Notes: a model not told the origin generated them from the letters alone. A stretch of 64,000 nucleotides of DNA from Massalongia carnosa (GCA_965645245.1 OZ287088.1:744001-808000); one strand, 5' to 3'. Positions 1 through 11,610 are shown, numbered from the stretch's first letter. Made by a program: numbers and translations.

Positions 1-409
1 CGGGCCGTATCCGAAAGCTCGCCGGTATATTTCCCGCCACCGGGCTGCTCGTTGATATCGATAAAGTGCCCTTCGGCGACGAAGTTACGCATTGGTCCGA
101 TGAAACGTCCCTCTCGAGGGCGGCGTGTGTATCCATCCCCATGGGCACGACCGTCTAGAAACTCACCGATCCAGGTAATTCCCGTCGGTATTCCTTGGTC
201 ATCGACTTGACCTTGCTCCTGATGAGTAATTCACCGTAGCTGTAGCTTTCGTATCGTCATCGAACACGACTTGGGAAGCTTCACCCCGTCTTTTAACGTT
301 GCTAACCTCACATTCATCGTCGAACTCCCCTTCGTAGGAATCTCCATTCCAGTAAGTGATTTTCCCATGATCATGTTCCCGCCCATTAGTCTATTCGCCG
401 ATGTAATTT

Positions 410-990
410 TTATTATTATTATTAATTCATTAAGCGTATGCATCCTAAGGATATGACGCTGTGACTGCTATTTATGTACATAAACAACAGTCAGGAAGTG
501 GAAACCTGGCCCCCAGGGTAAAACCACTCCCTGTTCCATGTTGAACGCAACGAGACCGTCCTTCTACCACGCGGTGCATACACCCGGATCTTCAAGCGCT
601 AGGAATCCTATAGACTCGATGAACTAGACAGTGTATTTTCACACGTTCGACGAACGTTCTCTCTCTTTAAACGTTTTGATTCAATGGAGGAAAGACTGGC
701 CGTGATCGAGGGCAGATCGTGGTGTCGTATAAATGAAGGTGTGTAAGTGTGGCCATTCTAAATGAATGGGCTTTTTCGATGTGGTGAAAGGCTTCCGCCT
801 GAGGGGTGTGGCCATTCCGAATGAATGGGCTTTATATGTGTGCCTCCGAGGTGACGAATGATCAGTAGAGACGTTGATCGTTCAAATGGCCACCGAGGTG
901 GACTTCCGCGTTGGCGATGATCAGATATTGGCCACCTCCGAGGAGGTGTTGATAGCCTGCACCACGTAGAGCTTTCTGACCCAGCAGGCC
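410..990 (-). mobile_element. Non-coding SINE-like (non-LTR) retroelement with (TAA)n tail and 13-14 bp TSD
   Basis: CGCCGATGTAATTT at 396-409 and 990-1003. (TTA)n at 410-423 is the 3' tail on the minus strand. Removing the element restores a MORN repeat. No ORF. Confidence 0.85.
919..990 (-). ncRNA. Degenerate HDV-like self-cleaving ribozyme at the 5' end of the SINE-like element
   Basis: Minus strand reads GGCCUGC-UG-GGUCAGAA-AGC-UCUACGU-GGU-GCAGGCU-AU-CAACACCUCC-UC-GGAGGUG-G-CCAA-UAUCUGAUC. 7-bp P1 with G1.U wobble, P2 pseudoknot, 7-nt L3, P4 hairpin, catalytic C in J4/2. P3 has one mismatch. Confidence 0.75.
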
Positions 991-1360
991 GCCGATGTAA
1001 TTTGATCCAGTGTAGTAAATCATGATATCATGACCATGAGAGCGATCCTTGGACTACTGCCCTTCGTATTTGAACATTTCTGTTCACGTCCAACTCATGG
1101 CACCGAATCCGTCACGGCGGCCTAACACCTAGTCCCCTTCATAGACGCATCCGTCAGGACTCGAGAGCCGGCCATAGCCATGAAATTCATCGTTTGCCCA
1201 CGGCCCCCTCATAGACGGTACCAGAAGCAAACGTACAAGTACCCTGGCCTTCCCTAACATCACCTCTCCATCTTCCGATATATTTGTCGCGGTTTGCATA
1301 CACAGAACTTCCCTTTCCGTGCCGAGGGCCATCTACTAGTCTCCCTGTGTATTGGTTGTC
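991..1360 (-). pseudogene. MORN-repeat array (first five to six repeats); continues at 1-409
   Basis: YTGRLVDGPRHGKGSSVYANRDK / YIGRWRGDVREGQGTCTFASGTV / YEGPWANDEFHGYGRLSSPDGCV / YEGD*VLGRRDGFGAMSW / YEGQ*SKDRSHGH.. / NYIG. After the insertion: YIGE*TNGREHDHGKITYWNGDSYEGEF and WIGEFLDGRAHGDG. Fits YxGxWxxGxxxGxG with ~23-aa period. Confidence 0.9.
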
Positions 1361-1474
1361 AGTGCAGCCAAGCCTTGCAGCGAGCTTTCATAGTCTGTCC
1401 AGAGCGATGGCATGAACATGTTCTTCTGCCTTAACCCACGCATTCAACGTTCTAGTAATTCGCGGGCTCCATCG

Positions 1475-1915
1475 TGTCAGCTGAACATATACATAATTTC
1501 TATCTATGTTTGGGCAACCCTCCCCTCGCTGCTGCCCTGCTGGCGCTCAGTTTTGCTGAGGGCCCCTCCTATAATGGCTTTGTTTTGGCAGCATTGAGGG
1601 GGAAAACTCCATCTACCTATGCGGCTGATTCAGGGAGTGGGTGGGTGGGCAAAAGACCTTTTGGTGCTGAACTCCGAATCAATGGTGATGATGAGGAGAA
1701 GAGTGCCAAAAGGTCACCTATTTATGCCCTTTCTCTCCCTTGTTTGTCCAACTATTTTGGACATCATCCTCCTTTGTCCTTCGGCCTTCGTTGGCTGTTC
1801 GCGGCCTGCCTCCACTCGGTCCTTCGGCTATCCACGGCCTTCAGCCTTCGTCGGCTGTTTCGCGGCCTGCCTCCACTCGGTCCCGGCATTAGTTACCTTT
1901 CGCCTTAGCCGAATA
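1475..1915. mobile_element. Solo-LTR-like insertion in the NLR relic
   Basis: Starts TGTCAGCTGAA and ends TTAGCCGAATA, resembling Copia-1 LTR ends TGTTGAGCTGAA..TTAGTCCGACA. Internal ~40-bp repeat at ~1784 and ~1844. No matching TSD. Confidence 0.6.
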
Positions 1916-3320
1916 CTACCACGGCCAGAGTCTGCTCCAGTTTTTGATATGTGGCAACAGAGTATAGCCATGATAATCCACCAGACGACTTAAGAAACTC
2001 GTTGATCTAATCAACGTGTATGTCCTACATGTACGTGCCAGAAAAGGCAAGCGTACTCTCGAAAGGCTTGGGCATCTGAAGCGAAAAGGCACTTTGCTCC
2101 TTCATCGTCTGACTCGTCTGGGCTATCTCCTGCAGCTAGGATCTCAAGACAAAAGCAAGCAATCTTGTAATTTCACGACTCACTGTCAACATAGAACTCA
2201 GACCGAATATTGCTTCTGAGATATTCCTGTACTGTCATATGGTTTGCTTGGACGCGCTGTTGTTTGTCGACGCCAAGCAATTGCCCGCAAAGATTCTTCA
2301 CTGTGGAGGCGACATCCGTCAAAACTCCAAATTCAGCCTTCAATGCAACTCCGAGCTCGGCTAAAGACAATGGGTGCGCAGCGCAGGTTGTCCAACCAAG
2401 AATTGTCTTCGCTATTAGTATCCGGCGTGCACCTAAAGTTCCCATCTGATTGATAATATTATCATACAAAGAGGACAGTCCCTGTGAAGAATCATCGACA
2501 GAGTTTAAAACACCGGCAATAAGCTCCTGTTGCTCCAATGCGTCGACAGCTTTAGCAACCCAGAGGAAAGTTCCACCGGATCTCTTCACGATGGAATCCA
2601 AGACTTTCGCCTGATGCCTGTCCTGCAGCGCAATGGGAGACGTAGCAAGACGTTCTTTTGTATATAGTCGTATGTCTTCGAGGTTGTCATCTGGAAGTAC
2701 TTCGGAGATAGTAATTGGCAAAGCTGAAAGGCGCATAGCAATCTCTCGATTGTATCTGCTAAACAAAATCACTTTGATAGGTGTTTCGGAGGTCTGGAGA
2801 TGGGAGAGAAATGAAAGGAATTGAAAGAGCTCCGTGGGTTCGGATTCATCAAGGGCGTCGATGATCCAATAGATTGATTCCGTTGACTGAAGTCGAAGTA
2901 TTCCGTTACAGAATATCTTCTGCCAGAGCAGACCCAGTCTGGCCGAGTCGACATTCAAAACTTCCGAGCTAAGCTCCAACAGCCGGGCCCGGATATGAGG
3001 ACATTGTTCTGCCATTTGGAAGGCGAAGTTCGAAGCAGATTTTGAGGATCACGCAAAGCCTCGTTATTGTAACGAAATGGGAAGAAGCAACAAACTTCTC
3101 CAGCGTCTAGAAACTGCTGCGCAAGAAAGCTAGATAGCACTGATTTACCAGATCCTGGACGGGCATGACATCAAAGGATTCTGGGTAGCACACCAAGCAT
3201 CCAATCGCAATAAGATGCTTTCGAGAAGATCCAGTGACAAGTGTTAGGCCACTGCCGTATCCTTTGCAGTGTCCTCTCCTCCTCCACCTCGTCCACGGGC
3301 TTGAGCCATGATTGTAACCC
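1916..3320 (-). pseudogene. NACHT NTPase plus helical/winged-helix region of the NLR relic
   Basis: ORFs 2955-3140 and 2173-3015 join by a frameshift. Walker A RPGSGKS, Walker B IIDALDE, ILFSR, SGGTFLWV, PLSLAEL, LCGQLL..HMTVQEYL. Confidence 0.9.
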
Positions 3321-5732
3321 TATCTCGCGAGAGGAACTCAAAAGCTCCTGAATGTCTGGATTTAATTTGACTCAATAGACATCAAGCAAATTAGAACGAA
3401 TGATACCTACAATTTTCACTACTGGAGTCCAACCTAGCTTTCCACGCGACAGCGGAGAAAGCTTGCGAAGGATTTTTCGCGCGAATATTGGCCCAATATC
3501 CACCACTACTATCTAGTGTCTGCTTTTGAATAGTGAAGGATTTTGGTTGGCAATCGAACATCGTCAGAGGGTAAATTGCTTCGATTTTCAGTACGATCAA
3601 GCTCATATAGCCTCTAGGTAGGGCACGTACGCGAACAAGTCGTCTTAACAGCACGTAAAATCAAGCTACAAAACTTTACTACTTGCTTCATGATTGACAA
3701 GTAGTGCTCGGAGAGTGTGTCGTTGCCTCGAGAATTCCTAGCTTGATCCATCAATTGAATGATACTCTACTCCCGAGACTGTCTTAGCCATGGACTGAGA
3801 AGGCGGCCATTCTCCCTGCATTCTTGGAGATTAGTTGTCTGGTTTTGAGTGCGTTGACCGAGCTATTTCATAGGTAAAACGAGAAGATTAGTAGGGTTTC
3901 AGCCTGGCCATTGTGTACTGAGGTACTTTGATGCTCTCATGTATCATCGTCCTTATAAAATCGGGCAATTGCAGCTATTGGGGATTGTGTTGGTCAGTAT
4001 AAAAGTCTTTCAGAATGAATACTAGCCAAAGCTATGACTGGATCGCTAACACGTGAGTTCTTCCTCCCTTGGGACGTGATAAGGCTGAGCTCTTCGATCA
4101 AGTCGGATATATACTCCAGCGCTGGTGGTGTAGAAGTCGGCTTACTGGAAGTGTCGATGGTTAGAGTCTGAGCTACTTCAGGTGTGCTCACGGATGCTGG
4201 GTTGGGCTTAAGTCGGGAAAGGCAATAGCTCTCCCATAGGTTGCTTAATCTAATTTTGTCATTATTCTAAATGATACAATAGAAGCTCGAGCTCGGGATA
4301 TCATCAGAAACTCCGTCATCACAGAATACTAGAATACTAGAATTTTTGTAGATGAGGGAATGCTGCACCCGGCCCTGTGGAGATGCTTCTTTCATCTTGG
4401 GCATGTTGGAGCGAGTTGCGAAGATGTAAGGTTTGTATCCGAGGAATATTTAAGTCTGAAGTTGGACTATCCTCCTGGATCAGAGCCTGGAGAGTTTGTC
4501 ACTTTTCGTATTATCAATTAGCGGGGGAATGTGAGCTTGCTGCTAAGCTAGCATGAAGCTTTGCCAATTGAGCTTCGACATCAATCAGTGTCTTTCTAAG
4601 AGAAAGATCAGCAAACGCCCCTTGCCACCGCGATTTTCAGAATGCATACCCTATGATCGTGTTCAAGAGCAAATTTAATGCTTGAACATATGACTCTATC
4701 CGGTTGCGGATGCGTTGAATTTCCTCCTCTTTGTACATCCATCGGGCCTTCTTTACGTTAATACGCAGTTTAAGAACCCACTTACGTCCGTCAAGTGAAG
4801 ACATCTTTGTTGACGTCTTCGTGTTCATCGATGAGTTTTTGAAGAGCCTCCAGCGAACTACGACACCCTAATACCATTCGCCTAGTGATGTCTTGGAGTT
4901 CTAGGGTTTAGGCTATGCCGGTCGGCCTCGAGACTGCGGCAGAAAGTTGATCGAGAGTGGTGGAGCACGCCCACAGTTCATTTGCCAATACAAGGACGGC
5001 GGCCGGAGCGCCTTTCCTTCCCGTTGTGCTCGCCTGATACAACGAAAGACATATCTTGGAAAGAATAACATAGCCAACGCCAATACCAAAATATATCATG
5101 CCAGAAAGTTCGCCGGTCACCACAGTGTCGTGTTCCGATGGTTGATGCTCGCCGCCAAAAACGATGTAAGCTCTGGAACGTGAGTGTGGTAGGGCTGGGC
5201 GTGCAGCTAGCGCATTACAGGCGAGGAAATGAGACGACGAGAAAAGGACGTAGAGGACGCGGACTGCCGGAAGAAAAATAGGTGGAATGCTCAGAAGAAG
5301 GGGCTATAGTACGGGCGTAATGTTAGGACACCGGGGCGAGAAGTACACCGATACATGGATCAAAGCCGCTACTAGAAGCATGTGAATCTAGGTAATAGCA
5401 CACGTGAAATGGATCTGCAATGGAAAACGAGTGATGAGTGGACTGCCAAAGCGCAGCACTGATAAGAAAAAAACTCTCAATGGCTAGCCTTGTTTCGGCT
5501 ACTTGGGAACAAAACAAAGGGTGCGGGCGATCAAGAAATGATGCTAGCACCCAAAATTTCTCTGAAAGATCGACAGCCAGTAAGTCACCTCTTTAGATTT
5601 CCGCATATCTATCCAGGCATGCACATCTTTCCATGTACGGCTGAAAGGTGCCCCACCTAGCTGGCATCGGTATAGTTATTTTACGATGCAAAGCCGTAAT
5701 GTAAAGTCGCCAATGTTAGTTGAGAACATTAT

Positions 5733-6990
5733 TCAGAATTTTGCCGTGTGAGGGGGACTCTCCTCAATGGGAGGATTCTGCACTTTCCAATGTGCCAGCA
5801 CGGAGACTAAGGCAGCTGCTTCTTTGTATGTGTTGCCTGCATGTACGCAAAGTCGCAGCCGCTCAGTCCCGCGTGATAGGTTGGGAAAGGTCAATGGTAC
5901 TACTGCGAAACCCAGTCCCTTTAGTCAAGAAGCTAGAGGCCTGTGGTTAGGCATTTTTATTGGTATCATGGGTGAATTCGTCACCTCAGAGGTCAAGAGG
6001 ATGTAACCATGGGCCAATAAAGCTGTCTGAAGGTAGGTGGATAAGCTGAAAAGACGTTTGACGAGAGTTTCATGCTTGCTGGAAATCTGAAGGTCGTACG
6101 ACTGCTCGATGACGACGACCGTGGAAAAGGGCATCGCTGTCGAAAACTGAAATGGCGCCGCGAAGTTGATCAAGTCCGGATGACTTGAGGGCATAGTACT
6201 ACGGCTGTTGCAGGGCCTCATTTCACATTTATATGCCATCAGAATTTTGTACCAAAATACTCACCTCCATTGCAACCAGGTGCCTTGCCGAAGGTGTGTA
6301 CTTGAACAAAGCTGCTTGTCTCTATACCAAGCTCGCACACATATCATTTTCCTTGTGCGCCATAAATGCCAGTTGAATGTGCCTAAAAAATTCAAAGTCA
6401 GCCCTGATGTTAAAAATCGAGTAAATGAATCCACAAAGTGTTACATACCTCATCAACAATGATATATCCATTACCCGCTTTAAAAAGCTATTGAACGGTC
6501 TCTACGGTTTCTTGCAGAGGGAAAGTATCGCCATCCATACTGTAAAACGACTCAATGGCGATAAAGACATTGACTTCGCCTTTCTTAAGCCTTTCGACCT
6601 TAGCAAGCTCGAGAAGGTGTCGTCGCAGCTCAGGTTCTGAGTTGTGATTAAATGGAAGCTTCAATGAAGCTTGGCTGAGTCTCAGACCCTCGTGTATGCT
6701 TGCGTGAATAAGTTGATCGAACATGACCGTGTCCCCAGATCTCGAAGGCGTTGAACATATTTCTCACCCTCGCTCGTATCTGTGGCGAACGAGAGGTAGT
6801 CATTAGAAGCAAGGTCTTCTTTCTCCCTCTCTCAAACTATTCCCCTGGCATCCATCTCTTCGGCTCTGGTCTTGTAGTCCTCAATAATCCTCAGTTCGCT
6901 TTTCACCCGACGGTTTTCCAATCGGGTCGTGATTTGTTCTAGCAAAATCTCGCTCTAAGGTCTGAACTTTCTCAATGCAATGTTCTTGTC
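5733..6990 (-). pseudogene. 8-amino-7-oxononanoate synthase (BioF)-like PLP aminotransferase class I/II pseudogene
   Basis: DLASNDYLS, DQLIHASIHEGLRLS, VFIAIESFYSMDGD, IIVDE/AHSTG, HTFGKA (PLP lysine), ERLRLCVHAGNT. In-frame stops, frameshifts, apparent internal deletion and introns. Start approximate. Confidence 0.85.
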
Positions 6991-7301
6991 TTGCAAATTT
7001 GAAAGCCGAGCAAATTTCTGGTAGGCTCCGTTACTTTACCTACCCGCTCCTTTGAACCACACGAGTTTTTAGGTAAGGGGCTCTGCACTCTTCACGCAGC
7101 TGCGGATAAGATGAGCATGCAAGTGGGCTAAATTGTCCCGAGCACTGCATGGCGGATTAGCGTCGCTCTTGCCTCACAACCGACCTGAACCGTCCACCGA
7201 ACAAGAATCAAGCTACTAGAAATGTATTTAAAACATTTAGTTCTAACAAGCCGTCTACAGATCGCGGTAAATCATAAAACTTGCATGCGGAGAAAGCATT
7301 A

Positions 7302-8719
7302 ACGTAATTCACCTGTATTCGGAACACCCGCTTATTCGGAACCAACAAAACCACGAAACTACCATTATCTCTTCTACAACCTATTAATGAAAACCCTAAA
7401 ACTGATTTAATAAGGCAAAGGGTATTATGATTATTATAATAGCCGATCATCGATAAAGTACACCGCTGAAATGGCTTCTTCCCGGCAGTTTCGAGTTACA
7501 AAATCGGGATTGCGTACTACCTTGAAAGACGAGGTTAGAGAACATTTAAAATAGGCAGTTAAGGTCTATGAGAAGGCAGAAGGGTCGTTATCTATTACGC
7601 AAGCTGCTTGACTTCATGCGGTACCGAAAACAACATTGTATCCCAGGATAAACGGTCGCCAGGACCAGGTATCGTACATTACTACAAAGCAGAGGTTAAC
7701 GCCCGAGGAGGAGGGATCTCTTCAGAGCTGGGTTAGAGCTACTAGACTCCGCCTTTGACAAAATATCAGCTAAGCCTTATATAGACGATGACACTCTACC
7801 TAGCGCTAGTACTCTTATTCAAACGCGTTATCTTTAAGGCCAAATATCACCAATATCAGGAAACATAGAACAAGTCTCAGAGGTTGAGGAGTTTATCTTA
7901 CTATTTCGCCATCAGACTCTTGATTCCTCTAAGCTTACTCTTCTACAAAAAACCCTTAAAGCAGCTAGGCTTGCTATGACTGATCGTATTGTCTTGAATC
8001 GTACTATTACGGAGCTTTTAGCAGCCAATACACGAGAAAAACAACGACCTCAACGTACGGGCACTCAATACGATGTTCAAGGGGATCGCGGACTGAGTTT
8101 AGAAGATGTGGAGAAAAGAAGACAACTAACTGAAAATAAGAAAAAGGAGAAAGAGGCTAGATCATAGGTAAGGAAAGAAAAAAAGAACGATCGACTATTT
8201 TTTCAGGTATCTAAAGACCTAATGCGATTTGAACCCGACCTAATATACGTGCCTGATCTTGTAACATCTTGATCTTTACTTAAAAATAAGAAACGTGACG
8301 ATTCTATCTTTCAAAACGCTCTTCACGACCTTATTCAGATTATACCTAATATTTTTAAGGAGACAGTTGAGGGTGACCTAGGGTTTAAAAAAACTGCTCG
8401 AAATAAAGGAAAAGGTATACCAAGAAAGAAAAATATCACTAGGTTGGTACAAGGTGATGTGGAAATAGTAGGAAAGGGGGAGAAGTAGGAAGTTTTAGAG
8501 GTTCGGGTTAGCTCGCGCGGTCGTGTCATCTGTAACACTCGTAAAATGTAGCTCTACAAGCTTATGCTAGCTATATATATTCACTAGAACCTGTTCATCA
8601 ATTCCCGAGTACATGTGCTAGAAATTTTGCGGATGCGGCGGTGATAAAAAATTACGAAGGGTGGTATCAAATTTGTTAGTTCCGAATAAGCGGGTGTTCC
8701 GAATAGCGGTGAATTACGT
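7302..8719 (+). mobile_element. Pogo/Fot1-family DNA transposon, internally deleted
   Basis: ~45-bp TIRs ACGTAATTCACC..TTATTCGGAAC, TA on both sides. Decayed HTH from ATG 7471 (SITQAA*LHAVPKTTLYPRING..RLTPEEE). DDE core missing. Confidence 0.9.
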
Positions 8720-8733
8720 TAAGCTAATTTGAG

Positions 8734-9790
8734 ATGAATGGTACGCGAACAAACATCCAAGTGCACACGCAGGCATGCGGGTTATCACACCGCGATGGAT
8801 CTAGACTTGTTCTTCGTCTTGATCGAAGCTGGCTGTTATTATGGAGTGGTGAAATAATTTGGGGGGGTAAAGCCACTGACCTGAACGATCTGCCATCTTT
8901 GCCCACCGTATGCATTTCGGCAGATCAGGCAATCAGGCATCGAGAATGTGTGAAGATTTTTGTACCAGAACGAATACTTCGATCCTTCTCTTATCCTTTG
9001 CGTCCGTTGCCTGACTTCGATGATACTCGCTGTTGTGGACATGGAGACAAGACAAGTGGCATCGGCTTTCAAGCTTATGAAGTGTGTTCAATCCATATTA
9101 TCGCATCATTGACTTCCTTTGATTACAGGAGGCTTAGTGGCAGACTGAAGGCTTTGAAAGGTGATTATATTAATGCTATCTAGAAGGGAGGAAGTTCGAG
9201 GGGGTCCTCCCGAGGACCTTATTGACCAGATTGTTTGCTATAGCAAACACCTCCTTAACCAGCTTACCCCATTAGGATTCAGGGGGCCGGCCTATTGTAA
9301 GGCCGGCCTCCGATAAGGCTAGGTGGACCGTCGCTATTGTCAATCCAAAGACTTCATCGCCATTCTGCGCACAAGTTTGATGTGGGAACAGAAATCTCGA
9401 ACAGCAAGATCCGGGAGTCTGCTGAAAATGACCGAAGCCTGTGGCTTTCCACCGCCCTGTTCAAAGTCAAACTCAAATGCATGCGAGCTTCTCAGTCAAT
9501 TTCGTGATGGCATGTTGGAAGGTTTTTCATGACTTGGAAAGACGCCATCACTCGGAAAGACGCTGCAGTCGTCTAAATCTTGTGGAGGGAAGGTGCAACC
9601 TGAACAAATATCAATCTGTGAGACTCGATGGTGTGTCCTTCTGACTTGAGCATGAATACCAGAGGCTGTTTGGAGGGGATTGGTTGCGTTGCTGGCACAT
9701 TGGGGCTCTCTAGTAGGAGTTGAGGAAATCGAGGAAATCGTAGTGAGCTTGATTGTAGTGGTAAATAACATGCATTACTGAACCTAGCCA
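8734..9790 (+). pseudogene. Possible degraded fungal gene of unknown function
   Basis: Coding-like composition, 149-aa ORF cut by a small insertion. No motif recognised with certainty. Confidence 0.25.
9164..9320. mobile_element. 157-bp hairpin-rich insertion
   Basis: Flanked by AGGTG (9159-9163, 9321-9325). Contains GGTCCTC/GAGGACC, TGTTTGCTATAGCAAACA and GGCCGGCC..GGCCGGCC stems. Confidence 0.4.
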
Positions 9791-10715
9791 AAGAGATTCC
9801 TTTACGCTTTCAATGATTTCTATGGTGTCCGAAATAACTCTAACAGCATCAAAGTCTAGGATGCGAGCCTCGGCGCCAGGGCGGCCTACAGTAAAAGTTG
9901 CAACCGGCCCCTTTTGGCAGTCTCCAAGACTCTCAAGAATACATGTTCTTCAAACCCTTACATGCATGAGTCCCATATGACTTTGGAGGAGGATGAATAG
10001 CCAGGTGGAAGCAATGCATTGATGTGATGGCTTGGGTATTCTCCATTGGCCGAGAACTTTCAGTCCTGGACTTCGAGCTCCATTTGTTGGTTTAATGGTC
10101 AATGGCACCTTGGGCAAGCCATCTCGATAAACACTCAAAACTTTATCCTCACAAAAAACATGTATTCAAGTTCAAGCTTGTATTTCCAATAGGAATTGGC
10201 AAGGTTGAATGGGAAGTTATCGCTCCAGACGTTCGTTGTCAAGCCTCTAACATCTCCCGAGCAGATGCAGGCAAGGACCAGCAACATGGGACATTTGATG
10301 ACCAACACTGACCTCGCGGTACTTGCACAGCATAATGTCGCACAGTCCCATGTCCAGCGTTACCTTCAGGAAGCCGGGGAGGGCACTGTGTGGAGATGGA
10401 TCGAACGACGCCAGTGAGACGACTTGCTCTGCCCCGCATCCCCTAATCCCCTAAGTGCAGGCTATAAGCATTACCACCTTCCGCGGAGGGGTTGAACAGC
10501 GCTCAACATCGTTCAAATTTCCCCTGCATGGTTCTACCGACATACCTCCGAAAGGCAAAGTCCAATAAAGTTGAAGGATATGCATGCTCTCCTCCATGCA
10601 AAGAACAAGAATGGAAAAGCCTTGCGAAGCTGATCACAGTGCGCTACTAGCAAATACACATTTAAAAACGCCCTCATACAGTCCACACTTTTGATGCAAC
10701 TTCCTTGACGACCAA

Positions 10716-11610
10716 ATGGAGGATATTTTCAAGTCGCAGATCACGGTTCGCTTTGCAAATCTGCGCGACGTTCCCACTGTAGCACAGATTTACACCAGCG
10801 CCTTGTGCGAGGATGAGGTCTTCGACTATGTGTGCTGCTATCGAGACACTTATCGGGAGGACCATGACTTCTAGTACAAGAAGAAACTCAATAGATTTGT
10901 GTACGATCCACAAACAGCCGTCACGGTGGCGGAAACACATGGAAGCCTTCAAATTCCAAAAAAGATTCTCGGAAGCGGATCATAGGGTTTGCTATCTGGA
11001 GCCTGAAAGGGGTTGTCATGCAAAGGGAGTCCGCGTAGCGAGAGTCTATGTTCAGGAAAATCATGTGGTAAAGCAGCAATGCCATCCACAGTCGCCATGA
11101 ATTCTTTATCTTTACTTACCTTTGCGCAACCTAGATTCAACTGTGTTAGTGGAGGACTGGGTTATCTCTCGATTATTTGGTCCCAGGCGTGACCAGGACC
11201 AGGAGAGAAACCATGCCTTCTCCAAGCTCGGCGACACATAACAGAAGCAGTGAGTGAATGAGTGTTTGTTTGATCAAGGCCTGAGAGCTCCAGTGTTAAT
11301 CTGTTATCCCACGAAACATACTTACGTCTCCAGCTTCTACGATCCGTATCCTAAATATTACCACCTCGAGGTCCTTGGCACGTCTCCAGACCATCGGTGC
11401 AAAGGTGCTGCATCTGCCCTTGTCAAAAAGGTCACCGATGAGGCTGTAGAGAGTGATATCTTTGTTAGCACGGAACCCGGTGCGCAAGCGGCAGGATTTT
11501 ACCGCAAGCTGGGATTGTCAAAAGTTGGACAGCTGTTTTTGAACGTTTCAAACGATGCGAGAAATGGCTTGGAGATTCCTACAAGCAGGTATTTGCCCCA
11601 GCTCGATTGA
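10716..11610 (+). pseudogene. GNAT-family N-acetyltransferase pseudogene
   Basis: MEDIFKSQITVRFANLRDVPTVAQI..DEVFDY..YREDHDF* (likely TGG>TAG). C-terminal YHLEVLGTSPDHRCKGAASALV..GFYRKLG acetyl-CoA motifs. Confidence 0.8.

Larger units (their letters stand above)
1..5123 (-). pseudogene. NLR-like STAND gene relic: SesA/HeLo-like N-terminus - NACHT - MORN repeats; runs off window start
   Basis: Manual translation of the minus strand. N-terminus FGIGVGYVILSKICLSLYQA..GAP..LANELW (4908-5100) and IRNRIESYVQALNLLLNTI. NACHT TCHWIF..YCDW..IL*CHARPGSGKS (Walker A ~3145-3170), YWIIDALDE (Walker B), GTFLWV, FREYACLFWHVH. MORN repeats at 991-1360 and 1-409. Many stops/frameshifts and two insertions. 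Confidence 0.8.

Noticed and set aside
747..833. 28-bp repeats with a ~31-bp spacer resembling a CRISPR unit
   Set aside because: Only two copies, inside a eukaryotic retroelement, with no cas genes.
1474..1993. 144-aa and 124-aa ORFs
   Set aside because: They lie in an LTR-like insert with internal repeats; no protein motifs.
9950..10660. Short coding-like ORFs
   Set aside because: No recognisable motif or consistent frame, so no call can be supported.
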